NCBI RefSeq assembly: GCF_000321045.1
Contig: NZ_HE578947.1
Span: 3,150 to 67,149, forward strand
Reading direction: 5' to 3'
DNA length: 64,000 bases
Source: Phytobacter massiliensis JC163
Lineage (GTDB): Bacteria > Pseudomonadota > Gammaproteobacteria > Enterobacterales > Enterobacteriaceae
Shown here: positions 40,993 to 49,816 of the stretch, one piece after another
How the letters are laid out: each line of letters starts with the position of its first letter
Numbering within the stretch: the first letter of the stretch is position 1
Notes under the pieces: model-generated
Databases searched by the model: none
What the model was told of the DNA's origin: nothing
Seen by the model: the letters and a program-made list of their open reading frames with translations, nothing else
Made by a program: the position numbers and the translations under genes

Positions 40993-41945
40993 TACACCCT
41001 CCTCGTGACGATCGCGGCGGCGATAAGGCTGGTCGCCGTGGTGGTTTTTTGCACGCTGTTACGCGCCTCGTTGACCTGCGAAGCGGCGTCGTTGAAGAGG
41101 GCTTCCGCCGCGCTTTGCTTGAAGGTGTCAAACAGCGATTTGGCATGTTCAAGCAGCGTGGTCGCGTCGTGGGCGCAGTCACGGATGCCCGGCAGGCTGT
41201 CGATCAGCGCCTGGATTTGCGCGGAGAGCGCGGCAGGCATTGCCGCCAGCGTTTGTAAATCCAGCGGCTGGCGCAAAAGCGCCTCCGTTGCGTCGATGAT
41301 TTTTTTCAGCGTATTGATGGTGTTGATGCACTTCTCTTTCAGCGCCTTCGCCTCCTTTATCAAATCTTTTGCCTGCGCGACCATTTTTTTGGCCTCCTCA
41401 ATGGCGTCGGCTATATCGTCCATCATCGCTCTGGCGTCGCGCATTCCGTCTTCGATGGTCTTCATCAGGTCATCGAACCAGCTGTCGCCAAGCCGCGGGA
41501 AATCCTGCCACTGCTCATCAATATTTGGGTCCTGCGTTGAGACTGCGGGCGGCAACAGCGGGCTCTTCGGGTTACCGGTGTACTCCTGCAGCGACAGGCT
41601 ACCGCTCTGGGCAATCACGTTGCCGTAAGGATCGGTGTGCTGGTGGGTAGCCGTCAGGTCGGTTATCACGAACCAGCCGCGGTAATCGCCGTTGCCAAAC
41701 ACCAGCGCCATCGCCTGATGCGCGGTCATGGCTTGCCGCAGGCGGTTCAGCTCCGCTGTCGGCTGACAGTACTGGCTGTGGAAACTGAACTGCAGCGTAA
41801 TTTTGTCCAGCTTGTCGCCGATAAACTGCACCCCTGGTTTACCTTCGATACGGGCATGAGAGGCGTAATCCACGCCCATTGTGTTTTCGAAGCCGTCCCA
41901 GTAAGCAACGACCTCAAACTCTATTTCTCCTAATACGGCATACAT
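40992..41945 (-). CDS. phage tail protein gpU-like with a C-terminal coiled-coil extension of about 160 aa
   Basis: The N-terminal roughly 150 aa are gpU-like (...GKPGVQFIGDKLDKITLQFSFH..., ...GWFVITDL...). The C-terminus is rich in A/E/K/L heptads. Confidence 0.6.
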   Translation of the reverse strand: MYAVLGEIEFEVVAYWDGFENTMGVDYASHARIEGKPGVQFIGDKLDKITLQFSFHSQYCQPTAELNRLRQAMTAHQAMALVFGNGDYRGWFVITDLTATHQHTDPYGNVIAQSGSLSLQEYTGNPKSPLLPPAVSTQDPNIDEQWQDFPRLGDSWFDDLMKTIEDGMRDARAMMDDIADAIEEAKKMVAQAKDLIKEAKALKEKCINTINTLKKIIDATEALLRQPLDLQTLAAMPAALSAQIQALIDSLPGIRDCAHDATTLLEHAKSLFDTFKQSAAEALFNDAASQVNEARNSVQKTTTATSLIAAAIVTRRV

Positions 41946-44272
41946 CAGGCGTACCCCCGGCGCTGTTGCTGCGCCATCACATCGTTAATCATTTTTTCCA
42001 GCTGGTGTTTATTCAGCGCCAGCACCTTGTTGACCTCTCCGGCGGCATTCGCGCCGTTCCCCTGGACGGTGACCTGCGGCGAAAAATGAACCTGTACATT
42101 CCCCTGAGCGCGCGGCGGCAATACCAACGGTTTCGCAGCGGTTTTTGGCGGTACGCTAAGAGGGGAAGGTGTGACAGGCGATTTCGCCCCTGTCGCGAGT
42201 GGCGGAGGAACCGGGCCAGCCAGCGCCATTCCGGCGACGCCCGGCATTATTGCAGCGCCCTGTGGCTCAACGCTGATGCCAATAACTTTCTTCAACCAGT
42301 CCGGGATATAGCTTTTTATCTTGCTGAACACCTCCCCCAGAACGGGGAATGCCTTCACCAGGCTGTTAACCAGGCTACTTATCATTTTGCCGCCGAATTC
42401 GCTAAAGCTGGCAGGCAGGTCAATGCCGAGCCAGCTCATCAAACCGGCGAACGCTTTGTAAAATATGCCCAGCGGCGACCAGTCGAGAATGAACGCCGTA
42501 ATGCCCAACACACCGCCAGCAAAGATCTCTTTGATGCGCTCCCAGAGTCCCAGAAAGAACTTTTTAATCGGCTCAAAATAGCGGTAAATCAGCAATACCG
42601 CGCCGACGATGACGGAGATAATGCGGCCCAGGGGCGTCATGAGCAGGAAACGGAGAACCCAGCGTCCCAGCGTCATAAAAACTCTGCCCAGCCCTTTTAG
42701 TCTGCTTCCCAGTTGCAGAAAGCCTCTGCCCAGCCCTTTCAGCCAGCCACCCACTCTCGACAGACCGCCGCCTAGCCCTTTCAGCGCGTTCCATGCTTTC
42801 CCGATGGCGCCGCTCAGGGCCAGGCGGGCTTTTAATTTGAGGAACAGATCGATCAGGCGAATAATTGGCGAGGCGACAAGGTTCGCTCCCAGCTTCAGGA
42901 CGCTGAGCGCGCCGTTGAACAGCCAGATTGCGCCGATAAATTTGGCGATGCCCTGTACCAGCGCCGGGTTATCACGCAGCCAGGCGCTGAACTGGCGAAT
43001 AAGCGGGGTAAGGCTTACCGCCAGATCGCCGATCGCCGGCATGAGCTGCAGGCCGACGGTGAGCCACAGATCGTTGAGCGCCAGCTGCAACGCTTTGGTC
43101 TGCTCAAGGGGAGAGGACATCCTGGTGGTGAAATCGCTGTCCAGCATGGTGCTCTGCCCGGCCTGCATATTAGACGTTTTCAGCTGCTGAAATTCGCCGC
43201 TGTTCGCCAGCATCGGCGCGAGGAAATCCAGCGTTTGCCTGTCGCCGAACATCTCGCCGAGATTAAATTGCGTGACCAGAGCCTGTAGCGCATCTGCCCG
43301 GGCGCTAAGATCGTCAATTTTCATGGCCTGCTTAAACTGGTCGAGGATCAGCGGGTTCATTTTCTGCAGCTGCATTTCGACGATATGGGCCATGGCCTGC
43401 GCCACGCCCAGGCCGTTTTGTTGGTGCTCCAGCAGCGAGCCCCGCAGATCCACCCCCTGGCTGGCAAACCAGTTATCCGTCTTCCTGGAGAAGGTGGTGT
43501 GCAGGAAATGGGCGAAATTATCCTCCGCAGCGGCAGCGCTGGGGGCGTTTTGCATCGCGATTTGCTGTGTCGCCGCCAGTTCCGCAAGCCCCTCTGTTCC
43601 CTGCGCGCCTGTCCGCGCGGCAAAGCGTTCAATCCACAGGGTTTGATCGGCCACGGAGACGCCGCCGTTCTTCGCGACGTCCGCCAGCATCGTCTGCGCG
43701 ACGTGGAACGCTTGCGGAGCAATATGCAACTGGTTGCGGGTCGAGATGGCCGCCTGCGCCCAGGTTTGCGCGCTGTCGCGGGTGGCGGTGGCGGCTTTGG
43801 CGATGTCGGGCATATAGCGGTTGAGCTCATGCAGGGAACGGATTCCGCCTTCCATCATCGTGGTGGCGGCATCCTGCAGGGCCAACTGATCCTGATTGAA
43901 ATCGAGGCTCCAGTCGCGCAGATTCAGGCTCAGAGCGTCGCGTGTATCGTCATCCATGTCGTTTTTGATGGCCATATTGACCATGCCGTCCTGAAACTCG
44001 AAGGGCAGCCGCCAGTCTGGCTGCTCTACCAGCAAAAGTTTGCCCATCTGACTGATAAATGTGCGGGTTTCGGTGAGCAAGGCTTCACGACGGTTGCTGT
44101 TTTCTTCCCGGCGTAAGGCGGATGCCGTTAGCTGCTGTGTAAGTCTGGTGATTTTTTCATGCTCAGTGCTGAGCGATTGTAACTGGCGGGCGTTACGTGA
44201 GCCGTTACGGGCAATTGCCTGCGTCAACGTCTCATTACGCGCCTGTAGCTGGGTCATAATGTCGTTGGCCAA
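41945..44272 (-). CDS. phage tail tape-measure protein
   Basis: 775-aa protein with an alpha-helical/coiled-coil N-terminus, a Gly-rich hydrophobic central region (...LKGLGGGLSRVGGWLKGLGRGFLQLGSRLKGLGR...), and a position between gpE/E' and gpU. Confidence 0.85.
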   Translation of the reverse strand: MANDIMTQLQARNETLTQAIARNGSRNARQLQSLSTEHEKITRLTQQLTASALRREENSNRREALLTETRTFISQMGKLLLVEQPDWRLPFEFQDGMVNMAIKNDMDDDTRDALSLNLRDWSLDFNQDQLALQDAATTMMEGGIRSLHELNRYMPDIAKAATATRDSAQTWAQAAISTRNQLHIAPQAFHVAQTMLADVAKNGGVSVADQTLWIERFAARTGAQGTEGLAELAATQQIAMQNAPSAAAAEDNFAHFLHTTFSRKTDNWFASQGVDLRGSLLEHQQNGLGVAQAMAHIVEMQLQKMNPLILDQFKQAMKIDDLSARADALQALVTQFNLGEMFGDRQTLDFLAPMLANSGEFQQLKTSNMQAGQSTMLDSDFTTRMSSPLEQTKALQLALNDLWLTVGLQLMPAIGDLAVSLTPLIRQFSAWLRDNPALVQGIAKFIGAIWLFNGALSVLKLGANLVASPIIRLIDLFLKLKARLALSGAIGKAWNALKGLGGGLSRVGGWLKGLGRGFLQLGSRLKGLGRVFMTLGRWVLRFLLMTPLGRIISVIVGAVLLIYRYFEPIKKFFLGLWERIKEIFAGGVLGITAFILDWSPLGIFYKAFAGLMSWLGIDLPASFSEFGGKMISSLVNSLVKAFPVLGEVFSKIKSYIPDWLKKVIGISVEPQGAAIMPGVAGMALAGPVPPPLATGAKSPVTPSPLSVPPKTAAKPLVLPPRAQGNVQVHFSPQVTVQGNGANAAGEVNKVLALNKHQLEKMINDVMAQQQRRGYA

Positions 44273-44368
44273 AGTAAATTCTTCCGTTTGATGGCCCGGC
44301 GGCAGGCTTTCTTGAAATGGCAGAGAAGGGGCAGGAAACCGGGCGTAAGGTTGGGAGACCCGCAGGCG

Positions 44369-44575
44369 TTACGCCTGCGAATCGTATTCGTGTTTTATCT
44401 GGGTGTTCGCTTCGTCCAGCCAGCGGGTGAAATCCTCAACCGCCAGGGCATCGATCTCACTGGGCGGAAAGCGAAACCATCTCGCCAGCAGCGCCATTGC
44501 CTGCCATAGCTGCGGCGGATTCTGTAGCCATACCGAGCATGGCCTGAAATCGCTTTTGCAGCGCCTGATAATCAA
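44369..44575 (-). CDS. gpE' -1-frame extension region (probable programmed frameshift product E+E')
   Basis: The -1 frame continues past the gpE stop and reads ...WFRFPPSEIDALAVEDFTRWLDEANTQIKHEYDSQA. Tail-chaperone frameshifting is conserved in this gene arrangement. Confidence 0.5.
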   Translation of the reverse strand: MIIRRCKSDFRPCSVWLQNPPQLWQAMALLARWFRFPPSEIDALAVEDFTRWLDEANTQIKHEYDSQA

Positions 44576-44774
44576 GCAGATCCATTTCCGCCAGGTCCTC
44601 CTGTACCAGGCCGGTCATGGCCGCCATCAGCGGCTCGTCCCACTCCTCCGGCTTGTCGCTGGCGCGTCGCGCATTACGCATGTCTTTTACTTTCAGGCGG
44701 CGCAGCGTCAGGGTTTCAATATGTTCGCCCGCCGCAGAGGTAAACGGGAATTGCAGAGTATATTTTTCGCTCAT
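44457..44774 (-). CDS. phage tail assembly chaperone gpE-like
   Basis: 105-aa protein between the tube and tape-measure genes. It overlaps the -1-frame ORF 44369..44575, which looks like an E' extension. Confidence 0.7.
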   Translation of the reverse strand: MSEKYTLQFPFTSAAGEHIETLTLRRLKVKDMRNARRASDKPEEWDEPLMAAMTGLVQEDLAEMDLLDYQALQKRFQAMLGMATESAAAMAGNGAAGEMVSLSAQ

Positions 44775-44815
44775 TTTATTATCCTTTTAATTTCGGGGCC
44801 GCAGCCCCGAATAAA

Positions 44816-45340
44816 TTAGCCGCCGATATTGTTACGGTAAGCCGTTAATTGATCTTCGCCATTTACGCGGAAGATATTCGCCAGATAATCCAGTTCGAGC
44901 AGCGTTTCGCCGTCTACAACCTGTTTGATATAGGTGCAGCCGAAGGCGCTACTGAATTCCGGGTTTTCATTCTGTTTAAACGTGCCCAGCGGATTCTTTT
45001 TAAACATCACGGTCATATGGGTGACCAGCGCCAGCTGATCGGCCCGACCCTGAGAGTTATAGCAGTCAACGTTTGAGCGGCACTGTAATGCCACGGCCTG
45101 CCACGGGTTGGCGGTTTTGCGCATGACATCGTGGTAAAACACGTTCCATTTGATTTCGCCTTCCAGCTTATCAAACCCGGCGGGCAGCTCGATCTTACCC
45201 ACCATCCCCAGCGCTTTATGCTCCTGCATAATCAGGCTAATATCCGGCAGTTTAATTTCGCTGGCGCGCCCTAACAGGTTATTGCCATCAAGATAAATAT
45301 TGGCGTTGGTAATACGGTTAATTTGAATTTTTCCGGCCAT
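44816..45340 (-). CDS. phage major tail tube protein (gpFII-like)
   Basis: 174-aa protein. It follows the sheath gene with a 1-nt overlap. Confidence 0.85.
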   Translation of the reverse strand: MAGKIQINRITNANIYLDGNNLLGRASEIKLPDISLIMQEHKALGMVGKIELPAGFDKLEGEIKWNVFYHDVMRKTANPWQAVALQCRSNVDCYNSQGRADQLALVTHMTVMFKKNPLGTFKQNENPEFSSAFGCTYIKQVVDGETLLELDYLANIFRVNGEDQLTAYRNNIGG

Positions 45341-46776
45341 TAGCTATTGCTCTCCAGAGAGACTAAATATTCAGAGGTAATTTCAGTTTCAAATGTCAGA
45401 CGTTCCAGCGGCGGCGGCGGCGTAAATTTGTAGTTAAGCAACAAATGACCCGCCGCCAGCTCCGTTTGTGAATTTCGCGCCGGGTCATACCAGCATTCGA
45501 AGCCCAGCAGCGCGCCATCGGCAATAAGCTTGCGCCCCCAGCCGTTCACTGATTCCGTCAGCGCGTCGATCAGCGCCTGGTTAATCGGCATATCCATAAA
45601 CTGCTGGCTGAAATAACGGATGGATTCATTAATCACATCGCCGGTACGCCGCACGTTTTCAAAGTTACGCATATGGGTCACGGTCGGCCAGGCGGCGGTG
45701 CGGTTGCCCCACAGGCGGTAGCCGGAACCGTAGCTGTTGAAAACAGTGGTGATGCCATTCTCATTCAGCAGGTTCACTTCGCTTTGCGGATCGTCAATCA
45801 TCGCCGACAGCGAACGCTCAACGCCGGTAATACCCTGGATCTCCTGATTGGAATTACTCCACCAGAATCCCTTTTCAATATCGACTTTGGCGCGCAGGCC
45901 CGCAGCGCGGGAAGAGAGCGGCTCCAGCACCTCGCTATTGGTTTCGCTGTTGAACGCTTTCACGTGCGGATAGCACAGGCGAGCGCGATCGGAACTGGTG
46001 TTGAAGTTGATCGTGCCTTTCGACCCGCGGCCCGCCAGCACCTGCTGGAAGGTGGTGCCGACAGGGGCGTCAATATAGGTAATGGCCCCCAGCTTTTCCG
46101 CCTGAGTGATGAGTTCAGTCGCCACGGTTTTTTGCGTACAGAAGACCGGCGCCAGCAGGATTTTGGGATAAAAACCGTACTGGGTATAGATATCCTGCAG
46201 GAGCTTCATCCCGGTGCGATCGCCCGCGGCGTTGATAGCGCCAATGATTTCCGACGCGGTAATTTTAGTTGGGTCGGTATAGGTAACGTTGGCGTAAGCC
46301 TGCGAGTTGGGTGTTAATGCGCCATTAAGGCAGGTCACTTCGCCAGTGAGCATATCCACGGTGTAATCCGTGCCCAGCACATAAGGCGAGCTGCCGTTAG
46401 AGCCACGGCTAATCACTACCGTTTGATAAGCCTTATTATTCGGCTGAATCTTCGCTTTTCCGTCCGCGTCAAAGCGAAGACTGATATTAGCGGTGACTTT
46501 ATGGAGAACAGGGCTGAGGACGTTAATAACAACGACCGTGCCTGCGCCGTGATCGTAAATGGCTTTCAGCGCTTGCGGAATGGTGAAGTTGGAAACATTT
46601 GCGCCAAACTGCGCCGCATCGCTTTCTGATAAGCACAGCGTCGGCTGGTTAACCGGGCCGCTTGGGGCGGTGCCGATCAGGGCAATAACGGCGGATTTTA
46701 CCGCTTTAATAGGACGCGGGCCGGTTTCAATTTCAATGGTTTCTACACCGTGCAGGTAATTAGCTGCCATGTACAA
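45340..46776 (-). CDS. phage contractile tail sheath protein (gpFI-like)
   Basis: 478-aa protein with the sheath-family C-terminal block (...GYRLWGNRTAAWP...). Confidence 0.9.
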   Translation of the reverse strand: MYMAANYLHGVETIEIETGPRPIKAVKSAVIALIGTAPSGPVNQPTLCLSESDAAQFGANVSNFTIPQALKAIYDHGAGTVVVINVLSPVLHKVTANISLRFDADGKAKIQPNNKAYQTVVISRGSNGSSPYVLGTDYTVDMLTGEVTCLNGALTPNSQAYANVTYTDPTKITASEIIGAINAAGDRTGMKLLQDIYTQYGFYPKILLAPVFCTQKTVATELITQAEKLGAITYIDAPVGTTFQQVLAGRGSKGTINFNTSSDRARLCYPHVKAFNSETNSEVLEPLSSRAAGLRAKVDIEKGFWWSNSNQEIQGITGVERSLSAMIDDPQSEVNLLNENGITTVFNSYGSGYRLWGNRTAAWPTVTHMRNFENVRRTGDVINESIRYFSQQFMDMPINQALIDALTESVNGWGRKLIADGALLGFECWYDPARNSQTELAAGHLLLNYKFTPPPPLERLTFETEITSEYLVSLESNS

Positions 46777-46963
46777 TTTCCTCTTCTTCTTCTGTAATTT
46801 CTGCCGCTTCGGTAATGACCGGCGTTAAATGACCGCGAGCAATCATGGTCATGACCCACTCGTTGTCCTCCGGCAGGGAGACTTCGCTGTCGGTCCACAA
46901 TAAAAGCTCTTCGCCATCGGCAAGGGTGACGCCGCTTGCCGGGCCGCTATAGATATATTTCAT
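46760..46963 (-). CDS. small acidic tail-module protein of unknown function
   Basis: 67-aa protein with a run EEEEEI. It is translationally coupled (ATGA overlap upstream, 17-nt overlap with the sheath gene). Confidence 0.45.
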   Translation of the reverse strand: MKYIYSGPASGVTLADGEELLLWTDSEVSLPEDNEWVMTMIARGHLTPVITEAAEITEEEEEIVHGS

Positions 46964-47412
46964 TGAATTTCCTCATAGTTAACGATGGTCAGCAGAGGGA
47001 GATCCTTGCTTTCCTGATTGGCGATAAACAGGGCGCTGGACGCCATTTCCAGGGCGTAACAGGCAAAGCCCGCGTTATTGCCGATGAACGTTTCGCTCTT
47101 CATCCACAGCAGGCGATCGCAGCCGGGAAGGGCGATACCGCCCAGCGTCTGGCGGGTCCGATCCAGGGCGTTAAGCGCATCAGCCTGCGGCGCGATGACG
47201 GTCGCGGTGAAATGGAGAGTCCGCCTCTGCACCACGGCGTCTGTGCTTTCGGTTGCCGCAAAATCGGCGCCGCTGTAATGAATGAGTACCGCCGGGCGGT
47301 TATTAAGCGGGATATAATCCGTTGCACTTTGCGTGGAAATAGATACATCCATATCCGGATTTAATTCGCGCAGATATTCCATCAGCGCCGTAATAACAGC
47401 TGAGGTTTCCAT
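46960..47412 (-). CDS. putative tail completion / sheath-terminator protein (DUF1834/gp37-like)
   Basis: 150-aa protein, the first gene of the tail operon upstream of the sheath gene. The family assignment is tentative. Confidence 0.4.
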   Translation of the reverse strand: METSAVITALMEYLRELNPDMDVSISTQSATDYIPLNNRPAVLIHYSGADFAATESTDAVVQRRTLHFTATVIAPQADALNALDRTRQTLGGIALPGCDRLLWMKSETFIGNNAGFACYALEMASSALFIANQESKDLPLLTIVNYEEIQ

Positions 47413-47638
47413 TTGGTGTTCTCCTTACTCTTTCACGGAGAATCACATTTCCTCTCCGTCACAGTTCGGGAGTATTCTGGCGTGATGGCGCGGTGAATGC
47501 TTTTAATCTGCTTTAAAGAAAAAAGTTAAAAGAAATAAAAAATCCCCGGCGTATTTACGACGAGGATTTATACCCTAAATAATTCGAGTTGCAGGAAAGC
47601 CAACGCTCATGCAACTTGAAGTATGACGGGGATTTAGG

Positions 47639-47953
47639 TTATGCACCTCCACGTTGGATCAATTCTATCTTGCTATATAGCGCATCCAGTTTGGCTTCTA
47701 TTACCGCCTGGCCGCGTAAATAATCTTCCCGGCGAACATAATGCAGCGGAAGATCGGCTCTGAATTCCAGAAATTCTCGTTCCAGCCTTGACCAGCCTAT
47801 TTCTGACTCCCGGCGGGCTATTTCCAGGGCTTCAAAGCGTTCGCTCAACCGCTTCTCTATTTGCGCCAGCAGCAGTTTACCGGCGGCAAACAGCAGCCCA
47901 ACAAAGGAGAGCAAGAGGGAGATAATTTCCCAGAAATCGATGCTGAGTTTCAT
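47639..47953 (-). CDS. type II membrane coiled-coil protein, putative i-spanin-like lysis accessory protein
   Basis: It has an N-terminal TM (IISLLLSFVGLLFAAGKLLL) followed by a charged coiled-coil. It lies directly downstream of the endolysin gene. Confidence 0.45.
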   Translation of the reverse strand: MKLSIDFWEIISLLLSFVGLLFAAGKLLLAQIEKRLSERFEALEIARRESEIGWSRLEREFLEFRADLPLHYVRREDYLRGQAVIEAKLDALYSKIELIQRGGA

Positions 47954-47966
47954 TGGCCTCCTCTGA

Positions 47967-48572
47967 TTACTGAATGCAGCTGGCGTGCCCCCACTGCAAA
48001 TAGCGGGCGGCGTGCTGGTATAAAATCACTTTTGGATAGTGACGGTTTTCCCGCCAGTTGGCGGCGCTGCGCCCGGCGTTGACCCGTTCCACATGATCAA
48101 ACCAGACTGTTGAATCAAGCCCTTTGGCGGCTGCCAGCTTTTTATCGCGGTTAACCCAACCCTGGCCGCCGTTATAGGCGCTAAGGGTAAAGGCCATACG
48201 CTGACAGCTGTCTTTCGCCGTGATGCCGCGCCAGAGTTGACGGTCGTACTGCACCAGCGCGCGTATCGCCCAGACCGGATTGAACGGCTTGTTTTCCCGT
48301 AGCTGCGGATAGAGCTGGCTTACCCATTGCGCTGTTGCAGGCATAAACTGCGCCATTCCCTGCGCGCCGACCGGCGAACGGGCCGCCGGGTTCCAGCCCG
48401 ACTCCTGATGTAACTGCCCGGCAAAATCAGCCACCGGGGCATTTATCCCCCAGATTTCGCGGGCGGTACGGATCAGTTCATTGCGCCATTTTAACGCTGC
48501 ACGCGGCGGTTCGGCGGCGTTGGCTGACAGGGCTAACATCCACAGCAGACAGATGCATGAACGCCACATCAT
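47967..48572 (-). CDS. phage endolysin, lytic transglycosylase (SLT domain) with a signal peptide/SAR N-terminus; start taken at MMWRS
   Basis: It has the SLT motif ...ESGWNPAARSPVGAQGMAQFMP.TA... and the signal-like MMWRSCICLLWMLALSANA. Its start overlaps the holin stop. Confidence 0.8.
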   Translation of the reverse strand: MMWRSCICLLWMLALSANAAEPPRAALKWRNELIRTAREIWGINAPVADFAGQLHQESGWNPAARSPVGAQGMAQFMPATAQWVSQLYPQLRENKPFNPVWAIRALVQYDRQLWRGITAKDSCQRMAFTLSAYNGGQGWVNRDKKLAAAKGLDSTVWFDHVERVNAGRSAANWRENRHYPKVILYQHAARYLQWGHASCIQ

Positions 48573-48859
48573 TACAGCCCCAGCGCGACGGCAAGGCAGA
48601 CGGCGGCCACAATGACGGCGCGACGGATCATCGCGGCGGCGCAGCATACCGACTCCTGCCACGGGCAAAAAGAGTCCGGACGGGCCCAGGGAAAAAGGCT
48701 GCGATCGAGCCAGTAGCCTAATACTGCCGACAGCGATACCAGACTGAGCTTATAGATGACGACCGGAATTTGCGCTGACGAAACCCAGCCAATAAGCGTG
48801 AAAAGAATAGCCGAGGCGACCAGCCAGCCGGAGAGGCGGGGGAAGCATGTTTTTTTCAT
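48572..48859 (-). CDS. putative holin (3 TM)
   Basis: 95-aa protein with three hydrophobic segments. It is immediately upstream of the endolysin and overlaps it. Confidence 0.5.
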   Translation of the reverse strand: MKKTCFPRLSGWLVASAILFTLIGWVSSAQIPVVIYKLSLVSLSAVLGYWLDRSLFPWARPDSFCPWQESVCCAAAMIRRAVIVAAVCLAVALGL

Positions 48860-49179
48860 ATGTATCTCCTGATAAACGGGAGACGAGTATGGGGTTTGCC
48901 GCGATCGTTAAAACGAAAAACGGTTTAATAAATAAGTTTAAAAAATGTATTTCCCCGTATCCCGCTAACGCAAGGCGATAAGACGAAACAGGAGAACAGC
49001 AACCGGCGATGATGGCTTGCCAGCAGGCTGTGCTGTTTGGGGGAAGAAGGCGGCGAAGAGGGCAGGAGCAAAAAAGAGGCTGTGTTTATATGATTGATTT
49101 TTAAAGTTTGTTTAATGAATTTCACCGCTGTGACGGCAACGATCTTTTTTGATCGCGCGCAGAAAAAAGCGTAAAAAAT

Positions 49180-49199
49180 TACTGTATATGCATACAGTA
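49180..49199. promoter_or_regulatory. LexA (SOS) box
   Basis: tACTGTatatgcatACAGTa is a perfect CTGT-N8-ACAG palindrome. It lies about 230 nt upstream of the Mor-like gene. Confidence 0.75.
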
Positions 49200-49429
49200 A
49201 TGTGTAAAATGGGGCCATCAGAAAGAGACCGCTCTGCCTGTAAAATATATTCAAATTGTGAATTAGAAATGTATTAAACATTTTTCTCTGAAATAATTAT
49301 TCCATCAGGGAAGTGTTATTTATTCGAATTATGAATGTATTTGCGGTTAGTTAACGCACCTGTTTTACGCGCTCCCTTTATACAGGCGATTCCGGGCAGC
49401 ACGGGGTGCAGGATATATGGAGATAACTT

Positions 49430-49777
49430 ATGATTCAAAAATCAAAAGAAACAGTTCGGGTGCCGGAGATCATCAGCGATCTGGCCTTTCACGCGTCGCA
49501 AATCCTTATTGAAAGCATGAATGTCGACAGCGCATCGGCAGAGAATGTCGGCCATGCCATCGCGGATCGGATGATGCGCAACTGGGGCGGGCAAAGCATC
49601 TACTTTCCAAAAGGGGTTTCAAGCCGGGCCTCCGAGCGGGATTACCAGATTTATGAAGAGTGTAATGGCCGCAACTATGCGGAGCTGGCAAGGAAGTATA
49701 AATTGACGCTGCAATGGATCTATAAAATTGTGAAGCGGGTGCATACCGAGAAACAGCACCAGCGGCGGATGCTGTAA
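49430..49777 (+). CDS. Mor/C-family phage late-transcription activator
   Basis: 115-aa protein with a C-terminal HTH (...YAELARKYKLTLQWIYKIVKRV). It is divergent from the lysis/tail operons. Confidence 0.7.
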   Translation: MIQKSKETVRVPEIISDLAFHASQILIESMNVDSASAENVGHAIADRMMRNWGGQSIYFPKGVSSRASERDYQIYEECNGRNYAELARKYKLTLQWIYKIVKRVHTEKQHQRRML

Positions 49778-49783
49778 ATCTGA

Positions 49784-49808
49784 CGGGCCGTATAGCTGTT
49801 ATACGGCC
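49784..49808. terminator. bidirectional hairpin between the convergent Mor-like and lysC genes
   Basis: gggccgtatagctgttatacggccc is an inverted repeat. Confidence 0.6.
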
Positions 49809-49816
49809 CTGCTCTC

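Noticed and set aside
34635-49810. Interpretation as a complete inducible prophage
   Set aside because: No capsid, portal, terminase, integrase, excisionase, replication or lysogeny-repressor genes are present anywhere in or beside the cluster. It is therefore tail-only. Either a tailocin or a decayed remnant fits better.
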